From positions 367,412,001 to 367,476,000 of the forward strand of contig OZ024740.1 of NCBI GenBank assembly GCA_964016885.1: DNA of 64,000 nt. Reading direction: 5' to 3'. This DNA comes from Eledone cirrhosa. Lineage: Eukaryota. The translations under genes were made by a program, and so were the position numbers. Positions 42,698 through 56,304 of this stretch are shown here, piece by piece. The first letter of the stretch is position 1. Every line of letters begins with the position of its first letter. The notes below the pieces were generated by a model. That model did not search any database, had not been told where the DNA came from, and worked only from the letters and a program-made list of their open reading frames with translations.

Positions 42698-44553
42698 TAC
42701 AATATTTTAGGGTACATTAAAATCCGTATGTAACTGTGCTCTGTGGTTGGGCAGAGCACTGAACGGACACCGAACCCTGGACACACCAACAGGAATCCGC
42801 GCACACGAAGGAACAGATCTAAGGCCGTTACCTGGTTCAATGCGCCCTACTCTAAAGATGTACGCAGCAACGTGCCAGGACTTTTATTTCGAGCGGTGGA
42901 TGAGTGCTTTCCAACGACAAATAAGTACCACAAAATCTTCAACCGCCACACGGTGAAATTTTTCTTCTCCACGGCGCCGAATATGGCCGACTACATGGCT
43001 AGAACTAACGTGGTGAAGATGGCGCACACTCGCCGTCAACCGCGGCGGCAGAGTGGCCATGTTTCGGAGCGCGGAGAACCTCCTAGGGACCTGCATTCAA
43101 ATGTCAACGCGGCCCCGAGGGCGATATGGTCCAACACCGAGAGGGAAATAGTAGCATGGAGGGGGGGGGGTAAATGTGTCGGCGGTGCAACACCCTGAGA
43201 ACCTTGAGAGGGCCATAACAGATCGGGACCCAGACATCGGACGCACAAGAAATAACAGCAGAACTTGCAACTGTAGAGCGGGCACACAGTGCCCCCCTAC
43301 AGGGAAAATTCTTAATGAAAGACTTAATATAGAAGTGTGTGGTTACAACCCAAAATGCGCATCGAACCTACATCGGCGTAACATCCACGACCTTTAAATC
43401 GCGGATGTATAATCACACGAATTCCTTCAGTGACCTTGCAAAAGGTACTCCACTAGGTTAGCAGACCTCGTGTGGGACATGAAAGACCACAGCACTCCAT
43501 ACGCCCTGGAATGGAGTATCGTTCGCACGCGAGGGCATATTCGGCTGGAAGTAGAAAGTGTCAATTGTGCCTACACGAGGCCATGGAGATAGTCAGACTG
43601 AAGGATGACACCGTCAACCTGAAGTCTCAAATTATCATGACATGCAGACACCAGAGAAGATGCACATTTGCAGCATGGAATATGCCGGGTGACGCAGGCA
43701 GGGGGGCATGGGAATGAGTACGCACAGACCCGATTGGCCTAACGTTGTCCGACCGGTGGGCCAATCATATGTAAACCGGGTGCACACGTGACCGGGCACA
43801 CAACATTGGAAGATACACCGCATGTGCCGGGAGCGGCTGACATGGGGCCCACCGCCACCCGGTCCTGTTCAATAAACGTATAGAACAGCACACCCCAGCC
43901 ACGGTGCCATGCCCCATGGCGTCCCTTGAAGGGCGTCACATTGAATGTGTACACCGTCAGTCGTGACAATATACGCTACATCTGTTCCACTTTGGAACAG
44001 TGATCATTAATATCATTATTGTTCTATCATTGTTCTGTTACTGTTACCTGTTCTATACACGGACACACGTTTGCATCTCATAATACCTGTGTGTAATATA
44101 TCGCATGGAAGCACGCACCTTCTCCTGTACCCCCCCCCCCCCCCCCCACACACACACGTTTTATTCTTTTCTTCTTTTTTATTTTTAACCGTTCCTTTAT
44201 TTTAGCCCTCTTTTCTTGTACCTATTTATGCAGTTACATACTGATTTTAATGTACCCTAAAATATTGTAATTTTATTTATTTATTTTATTTTATTATCAT
44301 ATTGTGTTTATGTTCACGTCTTTTTATGTGTGGACATGTATGTGGGTATATGTGCCAGTGTGTGTGAGTAGATGCGTATGTATGCATGTATATATGTGGG
44401 TAGGTGCTGCGGTGTGTGTATGGGCATGGGTGCGTGAGTGCACGAGCGTATACGCGCTTGATTGTGCAGGCATGTGCATATATATATACATATGTGGCGG
44501 AATGTGGGTGTGTTAGTGTGTGGGTATGTGTATATGTGTGTCTCTATATATAA

Positions 44554-44620
<67 letters not shown>

Positions 44621-44825
44621 TTGATATATAGATAGATATATAGATAGATAAACTTGACTGTCACCACACATTATGAACCTGAAGATTGCGAAAGCGTGAA
44701 AGTACTTGTTCAATTAACACTTAACATTTAATATTCTATCATACTATTTCATTATAATACCATTACAAATTTTAAAGGATTGTAAATAAAACGAGTAAAT
44801 CAGACAAAGTTGGAATTCCTTTTAT
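42698..44825 (+). mobile_element. 5'-truncated, GC-rich Naiad-like PLE with short 5' inversion
   Basis: VTWFNAPYS...KIFNRHTVK, CNCRAGTQCP, YIGVTSTTFKSRMYNH and KCQLC...CRH in shifted frames. 42698-42737 is the reverse complement of ~44230-44270. Ends in (TA)n. Confidence 0.9.
44674..44712 (+). ncRNA. Minimal type-I hammerhead ribozyme
   Basis: tgaac CTGAAGA ttgc-gaaa-gcgt GAAA gtac TT gttca. Perfect 5-bp stem I, palindromic AGTACT stem III, CUU triplet. Confidence 0.85.
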
Positions 44826-44827
44826 TA

Positions 44828-44886
<59 letters not shown>

Positions 44887-45123
44887 TATATATGTATATA
44901 TGTGTGAGTATGTACGTATAGCCACGTATGAGTAGGTGTGTGTGTGCGTGGGGGGGGGGGGGGGTAAGTGTTCGTATGTATATGTGTATGTGTATGTGTA
45001 TGTGTGGATGTATATGTGGGTGCAGGTGCATGCATTTGCGGCCCTTTATATATATGTGTGTATATGTATTTGTTCGTACAGGTATGTGTGCGGATGATTA
45101 TATATGGACTATGTATGTTTTTA

Positions 45124-45328
45124 TTATTATTCTAGTTGTATCGGTAGAGGGTTGGACGCCATACTTTGAAGCGTAGAGTTACCTCGCTTTATGATCTGTG
45201 TTCAAATCCCGCCGAGGTTAACTTTGCCTTCCATCCTTACGGGGTCGATAAAATAAAGTACCAGTAATGCACTGAGATAATTGCTGGCCTGGTGCCAAAA
45301 GTAGAAACAATTATTATTCTAGTTGTAT
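45124..45328 (+). mobile_element. tRNA-derived SINE with target-site duplication
   Basis: B-box GTTCAAATCC; ttattattctagttgtat repeated at 45124-45141 and 45311-45328. Confidence 0.88.
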
Positions 45329-45452
45329 TATTTTATCACATATCCTCTATATATATTAGTATATATCCGTATATGTATGAATGAGTCTGTGTACGTGTGT
45401 GTATGTGTGTGTGTGTATATGTATGCATATGTATGTATATGTATATAATAGG

Positions 45453-45503
<51 letters not shown>

Positions 45504-45821
45504 GCATATATCATATTGTATATTATATTACATTCTATATTTTTTTATGTTATGGTAACTTACCGTCATGTTATGATTTTATTGCATAATATATTTGTAT
45601 CTGTTCACTTAAGGGTGTGTTTACATATGTATATATGGTAACACATGTGAGTGTAGGCAGATATTCATGCGTGAAAGTGTATGCGTGTGGCAACACGTAT
45701 GCGCATGCATGTGTAGATGTAGGTATACCGGCATATGCGTGTATACTTGTATGTGTATGTGTGGATGTGCGTACGTATGTTAAGTTGTCTCTTTTCTTTT
45801 GTGTATATATGTATATATATG

Positions 45822-45897
<76 letters not shown>

Positions 45898-46349
45898 CGT
45901 GTATGTACGTGTGTAGGTAATGTTTATGTACGTATGTGTATTCTTATGTATGTGTGGACATGTGTGAGTATACATTTATATATACATGTGTGAGTATGTA
46001 TGTATATGTGTGTATATATATATGTGAGTATACACACGTGTGTATATATGTAAGTACGGGGATGTATGTGTGTATGTATATATGTATATATGTGTGTGTA
46101 TGAGTGCGTGTATATATATATAGGGATATATATATATATTTAAATGTATAGTAGGTTGGGCGTATGTATATGTGTGCGCGTATGTATGTATATAAGTGTA
46201 TGTTTGAGTAGGATATGCTTATCCCAATTGATACAGAGCGGGAAGTAAACAGCCGTCAGAAGGCTCGTGGCGATATGTAGCAACAATTTAGGGTGAATGG
46301 GTCCATGTAGGTGAGGGAGATACGGTGTATGAGTATATATACTTCCATG

Positions 46350-46825
46350 TATATGCGGGTGGGTGTGTCTGCGCATGTAGGCGTACGCGTGTGTAGGCAT
46401 AGATGGGTATGTGTCTGCATGTGGGTGTCTTTTTATGTGTGTATTTTAGTATGTGTGAGGCTTAACCTGAAGTGTGAGCAGACGTGTGAAGTACTGAACC
46501 CAGCATGACTCCATTGAAATGTGTCGGACGGAAAATGGTTGATGAACCGTGTGGCAGCAGATACTGACCAGAACTTGTGATGACGTGGAGTAAAAACAGC
46601 CAATAGCTTGACAAGAGTGGAAAAAATAGTTTTTTTAGGATGTTTTGTGAGGATAACACCCCAGTGATAAAATTTGCTCCGGACCTAACACCCGGGTCTG
46701 AAAGAACCTGCCGACGTAGAATCAGGCAGATCCATACAAGGACCATTACTCGAGCTTAATGCCGGCGAAACATTTGTAACACGAAATAAACTAAGTCAAG
46801 ATGCATCACTGATTTTTCGTTTTAT
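46350..46825 (+). mobile_element. Second copy of the 12320-12775 repeat, HHR variant at 46693-46783
   Basis: ggt CTGAAAGA acctgc...gccggc GAAA catttg TA acacg; ends at (TA)n. Confidence 0.7.
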
Positions 46826-47043
46826 ATATATATATTTTAGTACAGCATTAACGAAGCTTTATACTGCGGCCAAGCTAACGGATACAAATTCGGAATGTAG
46901 CTTTAGCACTCGATAGAGAATAATACCCCAAAGTAATAACAATACATTTAGACAGCTTTGCAAATCAAATATAGCGATCGCAGTCCAGCCGCATTTCCAT
47001 AGCAACGAAAATGGTTGTACTCAGTAAATGATTTTAGACTGAC

Positions 47044-47177
47044 CTGGACCATTGTGCGGAGACCGAATGCAATAAATAATGCATATCGTACAGCATAAGA
47101 TATACAACACATAAAATACACAACATCCACGCTAGGTTTCTGTATATCCGAGATCGATTAATTCCGCTTGCAGGGGT
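47044..47177 (-). CDS. Candidate exon encoding a hydrophobic helix ([44 protein letters not shown])
   Basis: ttgcag acceptor, CAG|gtcagt donor, 134-nt open frame in unique DNA. Confidence 0.3.
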
Positions 47178-47238
47178 CTGCAAGTTAATGGTCTTTGACG
47201 ACATACAAAGGATTTACTTCTTCAACAAGTCTTGCGTT

Positions 47239-47383
<145 letters not shown>

Positions 47384-47440
47384 TATATAATATATATATA
47401 TATAATATAATATATATATATATTTATACATGTATATTTT

Positions 47441-47473
<33 letters not shown>

Positions 47474-47615
47474 TTATATATATGTATATATATATATATA
47501 TGTATATATATAGATATGTATATATATATGTATATGTATATATATATGTATATCTATATATATATATATGTATATATATAAATATATGTATATGTATATA
47601 TATATATATGTATAT

Positions 47616-47664
<49 letters not shown>

Positions 47665-48628
47665 AGAGTATTGCAGTTTGCTTGAAGCATTGTAGAATAA
47701 TAAGATATATTTTCTTTAGGTTGTTTATGGAATCCTCCAAAATGCAGATGGGTAATTCTCCGGGTAACAAGATCCGGTGGTGAGGAGAGAGATCTAAGTG
47801 AATGTAGAAAGAGATGTATAGTGTGTAGAAGAATGTAGGAAAGAGCGTAAAAATAAAAATAATAACACGAGATAGAGTTATCTTGGGTGAGATTAATTCT
47901 CCCTATATTTCGGATTCACATCCATCAACTGGGGGGTTTTCCTGGGGTGGGGTGGAAGGTTATCTGTCGGATAGGAGCGATACGTCTCCTCTGCTTTTCT
48001 TTGTTTTGAATATCTGAGGCATTCAGTAGAGCGCGCGTGCACGCGAAATGGGGTCGGTCAAGCAGAGGTCGGCGGCCGAAATAGTTATTTTAAGTGTGGT
48101 AGTGGAGTGGCGTTAGCTGTCAATCCCTTGTATTATCTGCCTGTGCTGGTTTCTTTATTAGCAGTGTTGGATAGTGTATTCGTGTGGTGGTAGTATTCCC
48201 TGCCTTTTTGGTGAATGCTACTGTGTGAGTGTGTGTTGTTGTCTCGCTTGTGTGTGTGTGTGCGTGTGTTGTTGCCTCGTTTTTCTGTATTAACCGTGGA
48301 GTATATTCGTATGGTGGAAGTCTACTGTGTGTATGCGTGTGTTGTTGTCTCGCTTGTGTATGTGTGTGTGTGTGCGTGTGTTGTTGCCTCATTTGTTTAA
48401 ACCAACCACCTCATTTCGCTTCTCTCGGATCGGTTATTTATTTGTGGCCCTAGGCGTTTGATCCAAAGTGCTTCCTTGATTCGTAATGTGCCGACGTTGG
48501 GTTCCGTCACTAGCATTGTGACAACGGACATTCCGTCTTTGTTTCCGCATTTGGTTATGTTTCCTGAAAGACGAGGCCCTGGTATTGATGTGCCCCTTGA
48601 TCCGGATGTACAGCGCCGGATTGTGCTA

Positions 48629-48630
<2 letters not shown>
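47665..48630 (-). mobile_element. PLE 3' end (GIY-YIG C-terminus plus UTR)
   Basis: LRIKEALWIKRLGPQINNRSE at the ORF end ~48397. UTR similar to ~54090-54300; (TA)n on both sides. Confidence 0.75.
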
Positions 48631-48686
<56 letters not shown>

Positions 48687-48914
48687 GCATAACTGAGCAA
48701 AAAAGAAAAACGAACACAGACATATACATATATGTGTTCAAATCTTTATGGACCAGAATCGCTAAGGTGAAAAAAATAGTAACTACAGACAATAGGGTTT
48801 GCCAGACGCATTTAAGAATAAATCAAGAAAAATACAAACCATAATTGTGGTAACAAACGAACACCCGCACAGTGTTGACTGTAATGAGACTACTTTGAGT
48901 TTCTTACTCAATAC

Positions 48915-48944
<30 letters not shown>

Positions 48945-48946
<2 letters not shown>

Positions 48947-49735
48947 ACGGCGATGAATTAGTTTTGCGAGGTTTTTTATATGAAATCGTGTGTCGAAACA
49001 AATATTGTTATACTTGGGGAGGGTCATATTTGTGTAATATTGCCAGAATTAATAACAGAACACGCTCACTGTTTGGTTGGTTTTCGCTTTTCGCTTCTGT
49101 GTCTTTTATATCGGTAATGACAACGGTCAAAAATAATACAGATACAATATAGACACAAACACATATATATAGTTTATCAAAGTTCTTTCGTTGCATATCT
49201 GAAACATCGTAAGTGGTGTTATTGTCTCCTCCCTTTACATTGTATGTCTACGCCATCTTTATTTAGTCTGTTTATATATTTATTTATTTATTTGTTTGTT
49301 TGTTTATTTTATTTTGTCTTCTTTGCGCATGCGTTTGCGTGTGTGTATAATGTTTTGTTTGATGTGTGTTCGTGATTGGGTGACTGTGTATTGGTTAACA
49401 TATTCTATCTTTACTAGTGTGTGTTTATATGTGTTTGTTGTTATTGTGCTTGTGTATGTATTTATTTATTTATTTATCTATTTATTTATTTATTTATACT
49501 TCACTTAGGTCAGTGTTGTTTGTTTCGGTGTTGTTGTTATTCCATTCATTCTTTCTGTTTAGTCTTGGCCTTCTAAGTTCTATTTCACTGGCCTCTCTGA
49601 TTTGCCTATCTGCTGGGTCATTTCTATGTTTAGATATTATTCTAATTTCTATGTTGTCTATGTTACCGCCGTGTTGTGTTCTGTTATTAATTCTGGCAAT
49701 ATTACACAAATATGACCCACCCCAAGTATAACAAT
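48945..49735 (-). mobile_element. PLE 3' fragment, same family as 41645-42697, with terminal inversion
   Basis: [22 protein letters not shown]; 49680-49735 mirrors 49005-49060. Confidence 0.85.
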
Positions 49736-49746
49736 ATATATATATA

Positions 49747-49846
<100 letters not shown>

Positions 49847-50360
49847 AATATACACACATATATACATATATACACACACATATACATAGATACGTACCTA
49901 CATACATCATATTGTGTGCAAATGTTCCTTCTGGCAATAAATAAATATAATTTTTCAATAGGAATAAATGTTGTCTATTGAAGTAAGCAAGTCTTTATTA
50001 CGAATTATAACAATTATATAAGATTACATCACCTGAATTACAGAGAGGCACTGAAAGAAACGTTACATATATCATAAATCTAATTCTGTTTACTGTTTTG
50101 CATTCCACATTTTTAAACACTCGTATTTGTATATATATATTTGTACATATAGATTTCTACATATACATTCATATATATATATTTATTTATTTATATACGT
50201 GTGTGCGTGTATACATAGAGATAGAGAGACAAGTAGGGAAATAGATAGAAATAAGGTTTGAGCGTTGAGATTTTGCTCCAACATTAAACATTTCATCATG
50301 CTATTTGATGTAGAATCCATTAAATATGCATGTAAGTATATGTCTGCGTATATATATATA

Positions 50361-50412
<52 letters not shown>

Positions 50413-51213
50413 TGCTGATTCACATAAAAGTTCATAAGTAATACACATATATCAGTTGTAAATATACAGAACACTACTTGTTTGTAAAGAACGTGAAATA
50501 TCCATAAAAATCATGTCAGTACTCACGGATGAATGGAAAAGAATAACATATACATACATACACACATACATACATATATATATATATATATGTGTGTGTG
50601 TGTCTGTGTGTGTGTGATGGGGTGTGCGTGTGTATATGTGATGGGTGTGCGTGTGCGTGTGTTCATGTATGTGTGTGTCTATGTTTTTGTGTGTTTGTTT
50701 GTATGTGTGATTGAGCGTGTATACATAGGCATATATACTTTATGTATTTTTATATCTACATATTCGTTGATATACATATAAACCGTGTTGAATATGGGTA
50801 GAGATAATTGTGTGAGTATGAATGAATGAAATTGGAGACTATGTGTTCGGATATATACCTCATATAAATATATATATATTCTTTACAATGGAATATCATG
50901 GCGACCATCCGAAGAATAGATGTGGTGTATTTTTCGATTGTAGGGATTTATTTGTACATGAAAAATAGTAGCATGCATGCACATAAGCATTCGTTGAATT
51001 GTATTCAATCATTTATATATTGATAAATGTGGCTATATGCGTTAACCCTATGTGTGCATGAGGAATAGTCAACAACTACATTATCGACAGACTACATAAT
51101 TTTGTTTTTCCATTGCGTTACATACATTCATTATAAAGATACAATGGTTGTTGAACTTCCTTTGCTTCCCATACCATATATTATTTATAACTCATTTTCT
51201 GTTTCTTTCTCTC

Positions 51214-51316
<103 letters not shown>

Positions 51317-51400
51317 TGTGTATGTGTGTGCGTGTGCGTGTGTCTGTGTGTGTGTCTGCGTCTGTGTGTGCATGTGTGTTTGTGTGCGTTCATGTGCCTG

Positions 51401-51439
<39 letters not shown>

Positions 51440-52449
51440 ATGTGTGTGTGTGTGAATTAGTGTGATGTATGTATGTAATTGTAATATGTTTGTGATGCCA
51501 AGACAACTTTCTTTTATTGTGAATGGCGTTGTAAGTTTTGCTTCACACCGTAATATTGTGCCAGAAAAACAAAAACATTATAATGCTTTTCGTACTTAAT
51601 ATTCTGTTCCGGAAATTAATCCTAGAATTGTGTAAGAGTTGCAAAGTCGTTTATGAATCACATTTTCGAAACAAATTTCCAGAAAGTAATAGGTGATTGT
51701 CATGATTTATTTTTATTCATATTTTCTTCCATCAATGTTCAAACCTACATATAGGTTTATGCATCATTTTATACCCTTTTCCCCTGTATCTATAAACTAT
51801 ATATTCCCCTGCACCTTAATGACATTATTAAAGGTAAAAATATGGCTTTCAGCAATTTCAGTGTAAAATGTTACCTGAACATTAAAGCATTGTCATTAAT
51901 TTCTAGTACAATTCTGAAAAAATATCTTAAATCGTAATACTTTGATAAAACTATATAATTTAGTATATGTTTCCTCTAACAGGGATAATATTTCTATTTT
52001 GTTTCTGTTGACGTGCATGCAATATTTGTATAATCTGTGTGCTTTATGTATTGATAGAGCTTATATCATAAGGATATGACAATGCTATCTCTATAGATAG
52101 CATATGGAATAGATAAATTGATTTATCCTTTAGACATGTCCTTTCATTGATCATAACAAAGGCAGAACAAACTGATGATTCGTTCAGACACTATATGTAA
52201 ATATGTTAATTTGACAGATACATCATATATTAAATTATAACTGCACTCTACTGGATTAAATAATATATCATTACTCTTCACCATCGAATTAAGTTATGAA
52301 ACTTAATTCTTTGCTTCTGTGTTTATAATGAATCATGCTTACATACACATAATAAGACCATAAATTTTTGTTTATAATCTCTAACTAATGTAGGTGGGGG
52401 TCCTTTATATGTAGATGTGTCCTCTATATGTAGATTGATTCTATAATTT

Positions 52450-52852
52450 CTAATAATCGTTTCTAATTCAAGCAAAACGCGAGCAGTTTGTAAAGAGGGG
52501 CGAGTCGATTAAATCGACCGTAGGATTCGACTTGTACCTTATTTTGTCGATACGTTGAAGTCAACAGGATTTAAAATGAGGCTGTAAAAGCCCAGGGCGG
52601 AATAGCACATGGAATTCTGTCTGACAGTCTAACGGTTCTGCTATTGTAATAATTGTTACTACTTTTGGCACAAGGCCGCAATTATCCCAGTTCATTACTG
52701 GTGCTTTACCTTATCGACCCCGTAAGGATGAAAAGCAAAGTTAACCGCGGTGTGATTTGAACTCAGAAGGTAAAGGGCCGTAACTCTATACTGCAAAGCA
52801 TGGCGTCCGACCCTCTACCAATACTGCTAATCCACTACCCTATTGTAATAAT
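52450..52852 (-). mobile_element. Young SINE (52654-52840, TSD ctattgtaataat) adjacent to or inserted in an older diverged SINE
   Basis: Family body and B-box present; TSD at 52641-52653 and 52840-52852. Another degenerate copy at ~53200-53335. Confidence 0.8.
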
Positions 52853-54501
52853 GTATTCCGTTATCTAGAATTTGTTGACTGATTCCAATTATAATAATGA
52901 TCTCACTTTCAAACAAATCTCCATACCTACGCAATCACACACACGCACACAAGTACACAAGTACACAAGCACACATACTCATCAACAAACTTATATACAA
53001 TAGTTGTAATAATAAATACAATGACCAAACTCAGGAGGGGCTCGATAAGAAAGAGTTGTACATATATATGGCATGGTCCCCTAACTCCTAATCATCTGGG
53101 CGCCGTATTGGCATACGGCGTTTCTTGGACATTTTAACTTTGGCGGAGTGCATTCCTCTGCAGAGAAAGATAGAAAGTGAGAGAGAAGAAATAAGAACAA
53201 ATACTAGACTGGTGCTTTTTAATCGACCTCGAAAGGATGATAGGCTATGTTTACCTCGATGGGATTTGAACTCAGGGAGTAGAGTGCCGGGACAAATAAC
53301 ATAAAGCATTCTATCCGACGTTTTAACGGCAACAAATGTGCCTAGTTTTTCTAATAACAAAAATATCTAATATATTTTTGTATGTTCGATTTGTTGTCCC
53401 TGGCTAGACTCATGTACCACCAGGCTTTGGGATCGACTCCCTTCTTTTCTTTCTCTCTTTATCTCATCCCTATATATATCTCTCTCTCTCTCACCCATTC
53501 TATTAGCTTGTTTTCGGCATCGGTCACACGTGTGTCGTAAATCTCTTTTGGATTAACTCCCTTTCCTCCCTCTCTCTTACTATCCCTCTTACTCACCCCT
53601 CACCCCCTGTCACTTGCAGTTTCTCCGTCTTACTTTTTCTCTACACTCATTTTTCTGAGAATTGCCACGGAAAACCTAGCTCCTCTGTTATTATGGCCAC
53701 CGGGCTTATACCCATCGGTTTGGTATAACGTGATCTATTTTCTCTTCGATTACTTACATACATCTGCCATTGTCCTGTTTTCCCCCTTCTATCGGTATGT
53801 TTACTTCCTGTTTTTCCTTTTTTCCTTTTTTTCTTCTTTCCTTTTTCTTTCTTACTCGCTCTTCGCTATCACTTCTTTCCCTCATGGCTTTTGATAGACA
53901 AAAGGCCATGGGAACGCTACGTATCGATGTTCTGTTTTATGCGCCGAAACATCGAAGATCCGTAGTAAACAACTGACGGAGGGAAACTTTTCCTCTCTTG
54001 CTTGTGTCGCGATTACCTTCTAACACTATATATAAATATAAATATATATATATAAGTATATATAAAATTGGTCGTTTTGGAAGCCTGAATAATGCAGATG
54101 GGTTAGTCTGCGGGTAACAGAATTAGGTGGTACTGAGAGAGAAATAAGAGGAAATGTAGAACGAGACGTATAGGGTGTAGAGGAACGTAGAAAAGAGTGT
54201 AAAAACAATAACACGATATAGAATTACATTGGAAGTGAGTTAACTGTCCCTATATTTCGGATTTCGCATTCATCGACTGGGATTTTTCGGAGGGTGAAAG
54301 ATTTGAGTCGGAGTTTTTTTATATGTATATATATATATATGTATGTAAAGATAAATGCCATTGTTAAATAATAAATAAATAAACACCTCACACAAAGTAA
54401 AACATTTCGATTTAATCATTTCCTAACAGAAAAAAGTGAGAGAGAAACAAAAAAGGAAAAATATATATTTTTCTTCCTGATAATCGTCAGTTTCTCCGTG
54501 T

Positions 54502-54576
<75 letters not shown>

Positions 54577-54676
54577 TATTCATATATATATGTATATATA
54601 TGTATGTATATATATATATTCACAAACACATATATATATATATATATATATATATTGTATATATATATATACATAC

Positions 54677-54747
<71 letters not shown>

Positions 54748-54881
54748 ACGTAAACATGTAAGTATGTTTTTGAAACGGTGCGCGAGTTTGAAATTAGAAA
54801 TTATAAGCTTTCACCGTATTTTAGACTAAAGAAATTTCTAGACTGATAGTGGGGTTTATACGGTGAAAGCTTATAATTTCT

Positions 54882-54927
<46 letters not shown>

Positions 54928-55127
54928 TATATGTGTGTATATATATATATTTATGTGTCAATCGATTTCTAGTTGATATAAATTCTCGGATCTATTGATT
55001 GAAATCTTTGAGCATATTCTGCAGAGGTTTTGGCGTATATCTCTCAGTCATGACATCCTTCATTTAATTTTGGTTATATATATATATATGTATATATTTA
55101 TATATATATTTATATATATACATATAA

Positions 55128-55196
<69 letters not shown>

Positions 55197-55221
55197 CATA
55201 TATATAAGTATATATATATAT

Positions 55222-55282
<61 letters not shown>

Positions 55283-55362
55283 CATACATATATATATATT
55301 TATTTATATATGTATATATATAGATGCATGTGACTTTCCTCATCTCGGTTCTGACTGGGTGT

Positions 55363-55398
<36 letters not shown>

Positions 55399-55449
55399 AC
55401 ACACAGTCTGAACCGAGAAGAGTTAAGGCACATGCATCTATATATATAC

Positions 55450-55554
<105 letters not shown>

Positions 55555-55596
55555 TATTTATATGTATATATATAAATATATATATATATATAAATA

Positions 55597-56243
55597 TACA
55601 GCTTAATTCGGGTTGTTTGTTTACAAACACACCTAGCATTATAATAAATGTTTGGTGAATCCATACGTACATATATATATATGTGTGCATGTGTGTATAC
55701 ATATTTACATACTAGTGTATCTCTGTATAGATATATGTATGTACGTGTACATACTTATATTTAAGCAACAGCCGTACTAAGAGTGGGAAATTAAATTGCG
55801 TTTCAACTTTTCCGTTTATCGTTTTTGGTGCAGCCGGCCGATTAACCCACTCGATATGTAAATTGGGCTACTCAGCCGTTAATATGCATAAGGAAAGTAT
55901 ATACTTTCAGACGTTCAACAATCTGTCAGGAAGGTATACGTTGCTGACGATAGCTAATAAGCTTGAAACTAGTACAGTATTCCTTTGTCAGTGCTGAACA
56001 AACGGGCAACGATGGTTGCTAGACACTACGGCTTAATACGGGATGTTTTTTTACAAAAACACCGAGCATTATAATAAATGTTCGGTGCATCCATAGTACA
56101 TATATATATGTGTGCATGTATGTATATATATATATACATACTACTGTATGTCTGTATACATATATGTATGTACGTGTACATACTTATATTTAAGTAATAG
56201 CCGTACTAAGAGTGGGAAATGTAATTTAGCTTCATCTTTTCCG

Positions 56244-56250
<7 letters not shown>
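55597..56250 (+). mobile_element. Non-coding HHR mini-element, ~1.5 copies of a 430-nt unit between (TA)n tracts
   Basis: 55597-55820 recurs at 56027-56247 (offset 430); the HHR lies between the repeats. Confidence 0.78.
55929..55985 (+). ncRNA. Minimal type-I hammerhead ribozyme
   Basis: gttg CTGACGA tagc-taataa-gctt GAAA ctag TA cagt. Palindromic ACTAGT stem III, GUA triplet. Confidence 0.8.
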
Positions 56251-56291
<41 letters not shown>

Positions 56292-56304
56292 TATATATAA
56301 TAAT

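Noticed and set aside
47901-47935. HHR-like ggat-gtga-atcc GAAA tata ggg on the minus strand (also ~54248-54282)
   Set aside because: The core cannot be registered as CUGANGA in either copy; at best a relic.
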